Source of the DNA: Planctomycetota bacterium
Lineage (GTDB): Bacteria; Planctomycetota; UBA1135; GCA-002748355
Reading direction: 5' to 3'
Assembly: GCA_002685965.1 (NCBI GenBank)
Contig: NYZE01000058.1
Coordinates: 3,458 to 67,457 of the forward strand
Length of the DNA: 64,000 nucleotides
Positions 52,684 through 61,559 of this stretch are shown here, in pieces (the stretch's first letter is position 1; each line of letters begins with the position of its first letter). Made by a program: the position numbers and the translations under genes. The notes beneath the pieces were generated by a model. It was not told the DNA's origin. It ran no database searches and saw only the letters and a list, made by a program, of their open reading frames with translations.

Positions 52684-55298
52684 AGTCGATCGACAAGACG
52701 CCACAGCCCAAGTTTCGTAGGGACTATTGCGACCCCACCTTCTGGATCGACGAGGTGCGCCTCGAGTTCGACCTGGGCGAAGACGAGACCGTCGTGCGCG
52801 CGGCGCTAGCTGTGCATCAAAGCGAGGACCACGAAGACGCGTCACCATTCGTCCTGGATGGCGAGAGCCTGGACCTGCGTCGCGTTGCGATCGACGGCAC
52901 CGAACTGCCAGCCGACCGGTTCGTCGTCGATGACACCTCACTCACGGTGCGCGACGTTCCGAATCGCTTCACCCTCGAGACCACTGTGGCCATCAAGCCT
53001 CAGGACAACACCCAACTCATGGGGCTCTACAAGGTCGATGGCCTGTTCTGCACCCAGTGCGAGGCCGAGGGGTTTCGGCGCATCACCTACTTCCTCGACC
53101 GGCCCGACGTGATGGCGCGCTACCGCGTCAAGATCAACGCCGACAAGGAGCGCTACCCGGTGCTGTTGTCGAACGGCAACCGACTCGCGACCGGCGACGG
53201 GGATGACGGTCAACACTGGGTCGAGTGGGAAGATCCCTTTCCCAAGCCCGCCTACCTGTTCGCGCTCGTCGGCGGTGATCTGAAGTGTCACGACGGGACG
53301 CACCGCACGATGTCCGGCCGCGATGTCCGCCTCGAGATCTGGGTCGAAGCCCAGAACATCGACAAATGCGAGCACGCACTTGCCTCGCTGCGGAAGTCGA
53401 TGCACTGGGACGAGGAGACCTTCGGTCTCGAGTACGACCTCGACCTCTACATGATCGTCGCGACCAACGACTTCAACATGGGCGCGATGGAGAACAAGGG
53501 GTTGAACATCTTCAACTCCAAGTTCGTGCTCGCCCGTCCCGACACGGCGACGGATGACAACTACGAACAGATCGAAGGGGTCATCGCCCACGAGTACTTC
53601 CACAACTGGACTGGCAACCGCGTCACCTGCCGTGACTGGTTCCAGCTGACGCTCAAGGAAGGGCTCACCGTATTCCGCGACCAGCAGTTCTCGATGGACG
53701 TCCAGTCCGCGGCAGTCAAGCGCATCCAGGACGTCAAGACGCTGCGCATGCACCAGTTCCCGGAAGACGCCGGACCGATGGCACACCCGATCCGTCCCGA
53801 GTCGTACATCGAGATGAACAACTTCTACACAGCCACGGTGTACGAGAAGGGCGCCGAGGTCGTGCGGATGTACCAGACCCTGCTCGGGCGCGAGGGCTTC
53901 CGTAAGGGCATGAACCTCTACTTCGAGCGGCACGACGGCCAAGCCGTCACCTGCGACGACTTCCGCGCCGCCATGGCCGACGCCAATGGCGCCGACCTCG
54001 ATAAGTTCGAGCAGTGGTACCTGCAAGCCGGCACACCGACGATCAAGGCGGACGGACACTGGGACGAGGCGGCGGCCGAGTATCGACTCACGCTGCAGCA
54101 GTCCTTCCCGGCGATCGCGGACTCCGAGCAACGACCGGCACTCCTACCCGTAGCTCTCGCCCTGCTCGCGCCCGACGGCCAAGAACTGCAGGCGCCGCAT
54201 GTGCTGCAACTGCGCGACGCCGAGCAGAGCTTCACGATCAGCAATGTCACGACGCGACCGGTCGCATCGTTGTTGCGCAACTTTTCGGCGCCGGCGCACC
54301 TCGACTTCGAACGCAGTCGCGACGAACTGGCCTTCCTGCTCGCACACGACACGGATCCGTTCAACCGTTGGGACGCAGGCCAGACGCTCGCCGCGAGCCT
54401 GCTGCTCGACCTCGCTAACAAGCACCGCGCCGGCCAGGACCTCGTGCTCGACCCACTGCTGCCAGAGGCGCTGCGTCGAGTGTTGCTCGACGAGACCCTG
54501 GACGGATCGTTCAAGCAGTTAGCACTCGAGCTGCCCGAGGAGAGGATCCTCGTGCAGTCGCAAGGGACATGGGACGTCGACGCCGTGCACGCTGCCCGCG
54601 AGTTCGCACGCCGCGAGATCGCCAACCTCCTCCGCGATGACCTGCTGTCGGTCTACGAGTCCGCCCGCGTGCACGAGCCGTACGCCTTCGAACGCAGCCA
54701 GATCGATGCGCGGCGCCTGGCCAGGGCAACGCTCGGCTACCTCGCCGCCCTCGCCGAGCCCGACACCAACACGCTCCTCATCCAGCAGTTCGACAGCGCC
54801 GACAACATGACCAACCAATGGGCGGCACTCGAGCTCTTGACCGACATCGATTGCCCGGAGCGGCAACAGGCCATCGACGCCTTCTACGAGCGCTGGAAGG
54901 ACGAGCCGCTCGTCGTCGACAAGTGGTTCACGGTGCAGGCACTCTCGACCTTGCCCGGCGCCGCCACACGCGTGCGTGAGCTGACGACGCACCCCGACTT
55001 CACTCTCGACAATCCCAACCGCGCCCGGTCACTCCTCGGCGCGTTCGCCATACTCAACCAGGTGCGCTTCCACGAAGCCGACGGCACCGGCTACACTCTC
55101 GTCGTCGACCAGTTGCTAGACCTGGACTCAATCAACCCGCAGGTCGCGTCACGCCTCGTCTCCGCGTTCAACCACTGGAAGAAGCTGGACAGCGGACGAC
55201 AAGACCTCATGCGCGCGCAACTGGAACGGGTCGCGGCCAAGCCCAACCTCTCGAAGGACGTGTACGAGATCGTCGGCCGTGCGCTCGGGCGGGTGTAG
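52680..55298 (+). CDS. pepN: Aminopeptidase N (M1 family)
   Basis: ATG 52680 gives MKSIDKTPQPKFRRDY..., the canonical PepN N-terminus. GAMEN motif; HEYFHNWTGNRVT zinc site plus LTLKEGLTVFRDQ. The listed 52437 start adds an Arg-rich extension. Confidence 0.95.
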   Translation: MKSIDKTPQPKFRRDYCDPTFWIDEVRLEFDLGEDETVVRAALAVHQSEDHEDASPFVLDGESLDLRRVAIDGTELPADRFVVDDTSLTVRDVPNRFTLETTVAIKPQDNTQLMGLYKVDGLFCTQCEAEGFRRITYFLDRPDVMARYRVKINADKERYPVLLSNGNRLATGDGDDGQHWVEWEDPFPKPAYLFALVGGDLKCHDGTHRTMSGRDVRLEIWVEAQNIDKCEHALASLRKSMHWDEETFGLEYDLDLYMIVATNDFNMGAMENKGLNIFNSKFVLARPDTATDDNYEQIEGVIAHEYFHNWTGNRVTCRDWFQLTLKEGLTVFRDQQFSMDVQSAAVKRIQDVKTLRMHQFPEDAGPMAHPIRPESYIEMNNFYTATVYEKGAEVVRMYQTLLGREGFRKGMNLYFERHDGQAVTCDDFRAAMADANGADLDKFEQWYLQAGTPTIKADGHWDEAAAEYRLTLQQSFPAIADSEQRPALLPVALALLAPDGQELQAPHVLQLRDAEQSFTISNVTTRPVASLLRNFSAPAHLDFERSRDELAFLLAHDTDPFNRWDAGQTLAASLLLDLANKHRAGQDLVLDPLLPEALRRVLLDETLDGSFKQLALELPEERILVQSQGTWDVDAVHAAREFARREIANLLRDDLLSVYESARVHEPYAFERSQIDARRLARATLGYLAALAEPDTNTLLIQQFDSADNMTNQWAALELLTDIDCPERQQAIDAFYERWKDEPLVVDKWFTVQALSTLPGAATRVRELTTHPDFTLDNPNRARSLLGAFAILNQVRFHEADGTGYTLVVDQLLDLDSINPQVASRLVSAFNHWKKLDSGRQDLMRAQLERVAAKPNLSKDVYEIVGRALGRV

Positions 55299-56309
55299 CT
55301 AGCCCTGCAGCGGCTGCTGCGCGCGACCCACACGTTTCGACCACAAGCAGCGAGCCCTGATCCTCTCGCCAAAGCCATTCCCCGACCATCCCCCTGCCTG
55401 CCCGAGCAACAAGGCTGTGCCCCCGACCGCGACCAGAGTCCCGAGGATCGCCATGGGCCCCGGCCGCGCCCCGTAGGCGACGCGCGCGATCGGCAGCATG
55501 ATGACGGGAACGAGCGACAGCAGCGTCTGGGCGACAGCGACGTCTGCCTTCGCGAAGGCGACCTGACTGAGCCAGACGCCGACCGTCGGCCCGAGGACGA
55601 CCGCGACCAACACGAGTCGCATCGCCTGCCGGTCGCGCAACCCGGCGACGAGGGCGCGTCCCCGCCCGGCGACGACGCCGAGCACGAGCGCAGCCACCGC
55701 CGCGGCGCCGACTCGAATCACGGTCGCACCAAAGGCGTCGACCGCCTGGATGCTGCCTTCGTACATGCCGAGCTTCGACAGCACACCACCGCCGGCCTGG
55801 CCGAGCGCACCAAGGAGACCCGTGACGATCGCCAAGCGTCGCTGCTCGGGTGACAAGTCTGCTCGCCATTCGTCGCGGCCACGCCGCTCCTGAATGACGG
55901 CAACGACACCGGTCATCGTAACTGCCATCCCGGCCAAGGCAGCCGGCCCAAGCACCTCGCCGATGAAAAGCCAACCCAGAACTCCGGCCATGGCGGGCGA
56001 CGTCGCCATCAAGAGCGCCGCGAGTCGAGGTCCGATCGCGACGGAGCAGTGGAAGAGGCAGAGGTCGCCCAACGTCAGCCCGACGATGCCCGACGCTACG
56101 AGCAGCACCATTCCTCGGTCCGAGACCTCGGGGAAGGCGGTGCCCGCCACCCCAAGATGCAAGACGAGCAGAAGCACGGACGCGATCGAGAGCCGGATCT
56201 CGTTGACCGTCGCAGAACCGATGCGGCGCCCCGCGGTCGCGAACAACAAGCCACCGAACGCCCATAGCAGGGCCGCGCCAATCGCCGCAGCTTCTCCCTC
56301 GAACCTCAC
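55299..56309 (-). CDS. EamA/DMT-superfamily transporter (10 TM)
   Basis: Two EamA-like halves (AAIGAALLWAFGGLLFATAGRRIG...; LGALGQAGGGVLSKLG...). GTG 56309 is the proposed start, because the listed 434-aa ORF's first ~100 aa are non-membrane and overlap the divergent gene at 56443. Its stop abuts the pepN stop (TAGCTA). Confidence 0.8.
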   Translation of the reverse strand: MRFEGEAAAIGAALLWAFGGLLFATAGRRIGSATVNEIRLSIASVLLLVLHLGVAGTAFPEVSDRGMVLLVASGIVGLTLGDLCLFHCSVAIGPRLAALLMATSPAMAGVLGWLFIGEVLGPAALAGMAVTMTGVVAVIQERRGRDEWRADLSPEQRRLAIVTGLLGALGQAGGGVLSKLGMYEGSIQAVDAFGATVIRVGAAAVAALVLGVVAGRGRALVAGLRDRQAMRLVLVAVVLGPTVGVWLSQVAFAKADVAVAQTLLSLVPVIMLPIARVAYGARPGPMAILGTLVAVGGTALLLGQAGGWSGNGFGERIRARCLWSKRVGRAQQPLQG

Positions 56310-56442
56310 CGAGGGGTCATAGCGCGCTCGCCCCTCGCTTGCCCCGCAAGTTCCTGAAACGCCAAGCGCGGCTCCACGACACCGATCAGGCAAGCTGCTA
56401 TCATGCTTTTCCGTCTCTCTCCCACCCCAGCCAGGTGCCCCG

Positions 56443-58215
56443 ATGAGCGCAAGCCTCTCGCCGTCGATCGTCCTCTCGCTCCTCCTGACCGCCAGCGTCG
56501 TGGCGCAGGACCCGGTGATCGTCCAGGCCACGATCAACTCGACCACGAGCGAGCCGGAGGTGGCGCGCTCGATGCTGGCGAACCAGAAGGGGCTCGCCAT
56601 CACCGCCGATGGCCGGCTCTGGAGTCTCGTCTACTGGTCGGACGGTTCCTGGAAAGCCAGCAACCCCAACAAGCTGGACCCTCAGCGCAACCTGAGCCGC
56701 CACCTGCTCGTGTGCATGTCGAAAGACGGCGGCAAGTCGTGGAGCCGCATCAGCGAAGCACGCACGACGGGTGAAGGCTACGGGTCGCTCGTCGTCGACC
56801 CCGACGGCTACACACTGCACATCGTGTGGTATGCCTGGAACGGCAAGAAGACGACGGCGAACTGGTACAACAGCGTGTTTTATGCACCCTACGACACGCG
56901 CCGGGGCCAGTGGATCGGCAGCGACCAGGTGCTCGTGGCCGGCTCGGATCCGCGCACCCAAACATACTCGCTACCGGACATCGCGATCACGACCTCGGGC
57001 GTGATCGGCGTCGTCTTCGTCTGCGCGCGCGGCGTACCGACGGGTTGGGTCGGCGCCGGTGGCTCCTGGAACGCTGGCCTGCTCTGGTTCAAGAACTCCA
57101 AGTGGAGTGTGCCGCACCGTGTCAACGTTGGATCCACCGGCGTGTCGCCGAACATCCACGCACACGGTGACAACCTTCACCTGTCCTACCGCGTCGCGAT
57201 CGGCGGCTACGGAATCTGCTACCGCCGCTTCGACACGTTGACCGAGAAGTTCGGCGCCGAAGGCGAGCTCCCGGTCGTGCCAGATCCGAGCAACCCGAAG
57301 GCGAACATTCCCAACCTTCGCGCCAACAACGTCAGTCACTGCGCAGTGCAGCCGAACGGTGACGTCTACGTCTTCTATGTAACGGCGACGGCGGTGGCCT
57401 CCGGCGGCAGGCACTGGTTCGTCTACTCCAAGAGCGGCGCCAACAAGTTCAGCGCGCCGATGCAGATCGACGACGACACGGGGATGGGCTGGGGCAACAA
57501 CACCTATCGCTTCCACAACCTGGCCCGCACTGGCAGTGGCGTCGTGGTGGCCGTCTACAGCAAGCTCGTCGAGAAGAACCGTCACCTGTACGCACGCTTG
57601 CTGACCCCGACCGGAACGCTACCTCCCTACCCGGCGCCGGCGATCAAGCTGCAGACCGGGACCGCGGACAACCAGTTCCAACAACTGTCAGGCTACCGCG
57701 ACCAGCGCGGCCTCACGGATCAGTGGGTGACCTACTCCGACCTGCGGCCGTTCGGCCCGCTGACCGGCGGAGCGGCCCGCCTCAACGGTACGCTCTCGGG
57801 TGTCGGTGTCTTCAAGGGGATCGGCTGCGCCGGCAACCTCAAGGCCCAGCCAGAGCTGGTGGCGACTGCGCTACCAGCCATCGGCAAGAACCTCGGCATG
57901 CGCCTGCAGAGCCTGCCGGCGAACGCGCCAGGCATCCTGTTCCTGGGTCTCGACGACAAGAAGCTCTTGGGCGTGATCCCCCTGCCCTTCGAACTCGTGC
58001 CCTTTGGCATGCCGGGCTGCTTCCTGAGCCAGGACGTGCCGATCACCATCGGCTTTGCAGCCGACGCCTCGGGCACGCTCAACCTGGCAGCGCCACTGCC
58101 CAACGACCCGAACTTCATCGGTGTGCCGCTCTTCTGGCAGGCCTTCGTCATCGCGGTCGGCGCCAACGCCGGCAACGCCGTGCTGACGAACGGGCTCAGC
58201 CTCGTCGCCCGATGA
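56443..58215 (+). CDS. Secreted BNR/Asp-box (sialidase-like beta-propeller) protein with uncharacterised C-terminal domain
   Basis: Signal peptide MSASLSPSIVLSLLLTASVVAQDP. Asp-box SKDGGKSWSRI. The C-terminal ~130 aa (LPFELVPFGMPGCFLSQD...LPNDPNFIGVPLFWQAFVI..GANAGNAVLTNGLSLV) recur in my memory as a tail domain of secreted proteins of marine high-GC bacteria. Confidence 0.8.
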   Translation: MSASLSPSIVLSLLLTASVVAQDPVIVQATINSTTSEPEVARSMLANQKGLAITADGRLWSLVYWSDGSWKASNPNKLDPQRNLSRHLLVCMSKDGGKSWSRISEARTTGEGYGSLVVDPDGYTLHIVWYAWNGKKTTANWYNSVFYAPYDTRRGQWIGSDQVLVAGSDPRTQTYSLPDIAITTSGVIGVVFVCARGVPTGWVGAGGSWNAGLLWFKNSKWSVPHRVNVGSTGVSPNIHAHGDNLHLSYRVAIGGYGICYRRFDTLTEKFGAEGELPVVPDPSNPKANIPNLRANNVSHCAVQPNGDVYVFYVTATAVASGGRHWFVYSKSGANKFSAPMQIDDDTGMGWGNNTYRFHNLARTGSGVVVAVYSKLVEKNRHLYARLLTPTGTLPPYPAPAIKLQTGTADNQFQQLSGYRDQRGLTDQWVTYSDLRPFGPLTGGAARLNGTLSGVGVFKGIGCAGNLKAQPELVATALPAIGKNLGMRLQSLPANAPGILFLGLDDKKLLGVIPLPFELVPFGMPGCFLSQDVPITIGFAADASGTLNLAAPLPNDPNFIGVPLFWQAFVIAVGANAGNAVLTNGLSLVAR

Positions 58216-58306
58216 CGCACGGCTGACCAAACATCGCCTCCGTCAGCTCTCGATCGAGTCGCCGCAGGCCTGCTCGACGCGTCCGGTTCATGCTTCGGCA
58301 CCGAGG

Positions 58307-58609
58307 GTGATGGTCGATCCTTCCGCGGACGAGCACCCGGTCGGGTCATCAGCGCATTTTTGGGTGACGCTACTGGGCGCGTGCATCTTCTTGGCAGTGG
58401 CCTATCTGCATCCAAGAGGCAGGCAAGCGGGCTTGGCGACCGCGGCCTTCAGCCACGTCGTCAGAGGCATCCTCATTCTCACCTTCCTCATGGTGTGTTT
58501 GGCGATAGACGGGGTCGGGAGGCTCCGCCACGGTCCGCTCCGGCGCGAGCCTCAACCCCGGTCTCCCGAGGATGGACTTCGTCCACTTGGGGCAGGAAAG
58601 GGCAGTTGA
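58307..58609 (+). CDS. Possible small 2-TM membrane protein (weak call)
   Basis: The only ORF with hydrophobic helices (FWVTLLGACIFLAVAYL; GILILTFLMVCLAI) in a 431-nt gap between convergent genes. GTG 58307 / ATG 58310. No homology recognised. Confidence 0.25.
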   Translation: MMVDPSADEHPVGSSAHFWVTLLGACIFLAVAYLHPRGRQAGLATAAFSHVVRGILILTFLMVCLAIDGVGRLRHGPLRREPQPRSPEDGLRPLGAGKGS

Positions 58610-58646
58610 GGATCATCGCGCCCGCCAGCCTCAGGCGCGTCCTAGC

Positions 58647-59849
58647 TCACCGCGCGATCCGCTCGTAGACCTCGAGCGACCGGCGGGCGATCTCGACATC
58701 GGTGAGGTTCTCCTCGACGAAGCGCCGCGCCGAGGCACCGGTGCGTGCCCGCAGATCCGTATCGTCGAGCATGCGCTCGAGTGCCGCGACGAAGGCCGGT
58801 GCGTCGTCGTTGCGCGCCAACAGCCCCCGGTCGTCGTGCTCGATCAGCTCCGGCATGCCGCCGCAGTCCGACGACACGATCGCGCGGCCCGCCGACATCG
58901 CCTCGATGCACGAGTACGGACAGTTCTCCCACAGGCTCGGGATCAAGAAGATGTCGATGTGCTTCAACACCGCGCGCACCTCGGGCAGCGTCAGCTGACC
59001 TAGGTAGTGGAAACGGTCTTCCAGCCCGTTCTCCTTGATGAAGGGCAGGATCTCTCGCTCCATGTAGCCGAACAGATCGTTGCCAGCGATCACGAAGTGC
59101 GCGTTCGGGTACTTCGCCATGACCTCGAAACACATCTCTTTCAGCAGGTGCACGCCCTTGCGTTCCTCGAGGCGGTTGGCGAAGAACACCTTCGTGCCAC
59201 CGGGCTGCAGGTTGAAGCGCTCGCCCACGTCGATGCCGTCGTCACGATCGAAGAGATCCAGGTCGATGCCATTTCGCACCACGTCAATGTGCTCGTGCAC
59301 GGGCAGCTTGACGGTGACTTCGTCGGCCAGGAACTGACTACACGAGGTGCGCGCCGTCGCCTGCTTGATCGCGATCTGCTCGATGAAGGCCGTCAGCTCT
59401 CGGTCAAGCCGCGGCACCTGATACATCTCCATGATCAGCCGCGCCGGACTGTGGAACTTGACCACCGACGGCACATCACAGAGCGTCGACACGACCATGC
59501 CGTCAGCGCCGCACTCAGGGAACTCGACCACGTCGAGCTTCTCCTGCTGCAGCGCCTTGGCGAGCATGTGGTGCGAGTGATAGGCGGCCTGGATGCGGTT
59601 CGCGGCCCACCACGACTGGGTGCGCCGTAGCGGGTCGAGCATGCGGTCGAGCCAGCCCTCGCGCTTGTAGCGCGTGACGCGGACACCGTCGTGCTCGCTC
59701 TCGGAGCCGCCGTTCTCGGTCGACCCTGCGAACACGTGCACGTCGTGTCCGAGCTTGGCCAAACCACGGGCCTGGTACCAGGAGTAGGTGCCGATCCCGC
59801 CAAAGCCTGTCTCTGGCGGGTACTCGTAAGACAAAAGGCCTATTCTCAT
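58647..59849 (-). CDS. Glycosyltransferase family 4 (GT-B, retaining)
   Basis: MRIGLLSYEYPPETGFGGIGTYSWYQARGLAKLGHDVHVF is a classic GT4 N-terminus. The C-terminal E-x7-E region is PSLWENCPYSCIEAMSAGRAIV. Confidence 0.9.
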   Translation of the reverse strand: MRIGLLSYEYPPETGFGGIGTYSWYQARGLAKLGHDVHVFAGSTENGGSESEHDGVRVTRYKREGWLDRMLDPLRRTQSWWAANRIQAAYHSHHMLAKALQQEKLDVVEFPECGADGMVVSTLCDVPSVVKFHSPARLIMEMYQVPRLDRELTAFIEQIAIKQATARTSCSQFLADEVTVKLPVHEHIDVVRNGIDLDLFDRDDGIDVGERFNLQPGGTKVFFANRLEERKGVHLLKEMCFEVMAKYPNAHFVIAGNDLFGYMEREILPFIKENGLEDRFHYLGQLTLPEVRAVLKHIDIFLIPSLWENCPYSCIEAMSAGRAIVSSDCGGMPELIEHDDRGLLARNDDAPAFVAALERMLDDTDLRARTGASARRFVEENLTDVEIARRSLEVYERIAR

Positions 59850-59896
59850 CTGCTCGATACCATGCCGTTGGGGAACCTCCGCCCCAAGACGGAACT

Positions 59897-60922
59897 ATGG
59901 ACGCACACGCCCTACTCGAACCACTTGCCCGCCTGCATGACCTCATCGGCCAAGGTGTCGTCACAGCCTGCGCATCGCGCGAAACCCGCGATCTGGCCGC
60001 AGTCGCGAGCGATGAAGAAGGTGACACGATCTACGAGATCGACCGTGTCAGCGAGGCCGAACTGTTGGCCGGGGTCGCCGAACTGGCAGCACTGGCCCCC
60101 ATCGTGCTCGTCGCCGAAGGCATCGGCGAGCGCGTGCTTCCCGACGGCACGGCGCCGGATGCTGCCGTGTGGCGGGTCATCGTCGACCCGATCGACGGCA
60201 CGCGCGGCCTCATGTACCAGAAGCGCAGCGGCTGGATCCTGACAGCGGTGGCACCCGAGCGCGGCCCGGCGACGCGCCTGAGTGATGTTGTGCTCGCTGT
60301 ACAGACCGAGATCCCGCTCCTCAAGCAGCACCTCTACGACCGGCTGTGGGCAGTGCGCGGCGACGGCGCCCACGGCGAACGCCACAACCGTCTGACTGGC
60401 ACGTCGGAGGCGCTCGCGCTTCGCCCTTCCACGGCGACCGACCTCGCGCACGGTTTCGGCCAGGTCGCGCGCTTCTTTCCCGGCGGCCGCGACGTACTAG
60501 CTGCGATCGATGACGAGATCGCTGCCGTCACCGCTGGTGAGGCGGCACCAGGCAAGGCACGCTGCTACGAGGATCAGTACGTGTCGTCGGCCGGCCAACT
60601 CTACGAGTTGATCGTCGGCCACGATCGCTTCGTCGCCGACCTGCGGCCGCTGCTGCGCAAGGTGACAGCGGCGCGCGGCGAACATCCGGGCATCTGCAGC
60701 CATCCTTACGACCTCGCGACGGCGTTGATCGCCGAGGAAGCAGGCGTCGTCCTCACCGACCCGCGCGGCGGTGCGCTGGACTTTCCGCTCGACCTCGACA
60801 CAGACGTCGGCTGGGTCGGCTATGCGAACGATGCGCTACGCCGGCTGATCGAGCCGGTCCTTCACGACTCGCTCATCCGTCGAAACCTCCTGGGACCCCC
60901 AAGCAGCTCCCAAGAAGACTGA
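59897..60922 (+). CDS. Inositol-monophosphatase/FBPase-fold phosphatase family protein
   Basis: Metal-binding motif WRVIVDPIDGTRGLMY; later SHPYDLATALIAEEAGVV, a WD/YD-x-A-A type motif. Confidence 0.85.
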   Translation: MDAHALLEPLARLHDLIGQGVVTACASRETRDLAAVASDEEGDTIYEIDRVSEAELLAGVAELAALAPIVLVAEGIGERVLPDGTAPDAAVWRVIVDPIDGTRGLMYQKRSGWILTAVAPERGPATRLSDVVLAVQTEIPLLKQHLYDRLWAVRGDGAHGERHNRLTGTSEALALRPSTATDLAHGFGQVARFFPGGRDVLAAIDDEIAAVTAGEAAPGKARCYEDQYVSSAGQLYELIVGHDRFVADLRPLLRKVTAARGEHPGICSHPYDLATALIAEEAGVVLTDPRGGALDFPLDLDTDVGWVGYANDALRRLIEPVLHDSLIRRNLLGPPSSSQED

Positions 60923-60948
60923 GACCTCTGGACGTCGTCCCCGAGGTC
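60923..60948. terminator. Hairpin between convergent genes (IMPase-like / msrB), a possible bidirectional terminator
   Basis: GACCTC...GAGGTC forms a 6-bp outer stem, with an inner GGAC/GTCC pairing. It starts right after the TGA at 60920-60922. There is no clear U-tract. Confidence 0.3.
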
Positions 60949-60981
60949 CTCAAGTCGCGCCAGATGAAACGGCCGACGGTC

Positions 60982-61461
60982 TCACTCATCCTCGTCTTCT
61001 CGTCCTGACACGTCGCCCGCAGCGGCTCCTGGAGGCCGTGCTGAAGAACTTCTCTCCAGGCGGTGCTCCAACGCGACGGAGTTGATGCAGTATCGATCGC
61101 CCGACGGCGCCGGCCCATCTGGAAACACATGCCCCAAATGGGCATCGCAGCGAGCGCACCGGACCTCGGTCCGGACCATGCCCTGTGTCGAGTCGGACCT
61201 CAGCTTCACGTGGTCGGGGTCGAGCGGGGCCACGAAGCTCGGCCACCCGGAGCCCGAGTCGAACTTCTCCCCAGAGCCGAAGAGGGTCTGCCCGCAGCAG
61301 ACGCACAGGTAAGCGCCAACGGCCTTGTGATCGCAATAGTCACCGGAGAAGGGTCGCTCCGTCCCCCCGCGCCGAGTGACTTCGAACTGCTCAGGGGTCA
61401 GTTCGCGGCGCCACTCCTCATCACTTCGCTCGAGCTTGTCCACCAGTCCGCAAGTCACCAT
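60982..61461 (-). CDS. msrB: Peptide-methionine (R)-S-oxide reductase MsrB with ~25-aa C-terminal extension
   Basis: ATG 61461 is used; the listed start is TTG 61482. [11 protein letters not shown], zinc CxxC pairs (CVCCGQ...; [12 protein letters not shown]) and the catalytic RYCINS. Confidence 0.9.
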   Translation of the reverse strand: MVTCGLVDKLERSDEEWRRELTPEQFEVTRRGGTERPFSGDYCDHKAVGAYLCVCCGQTLFGSGEKFDSGSGWPSFVAPLDPDHVKLRSDSTQGMVRTEVRCARCDAHLGHVFPDGPAPSGDRYCINSVALEHRLERSSSARPPGAAAGDVSGREDEDE

Positions 61462-61559
61462 AGCGCCGAGGCGATCCGACAAGGGGACTCGCCCCTGCCA
61501 CCGGGCCGCGTAATCTCACCGATGCCTCGCTCGTCACCCCGCAGTAGCGGAAGAGCCAC

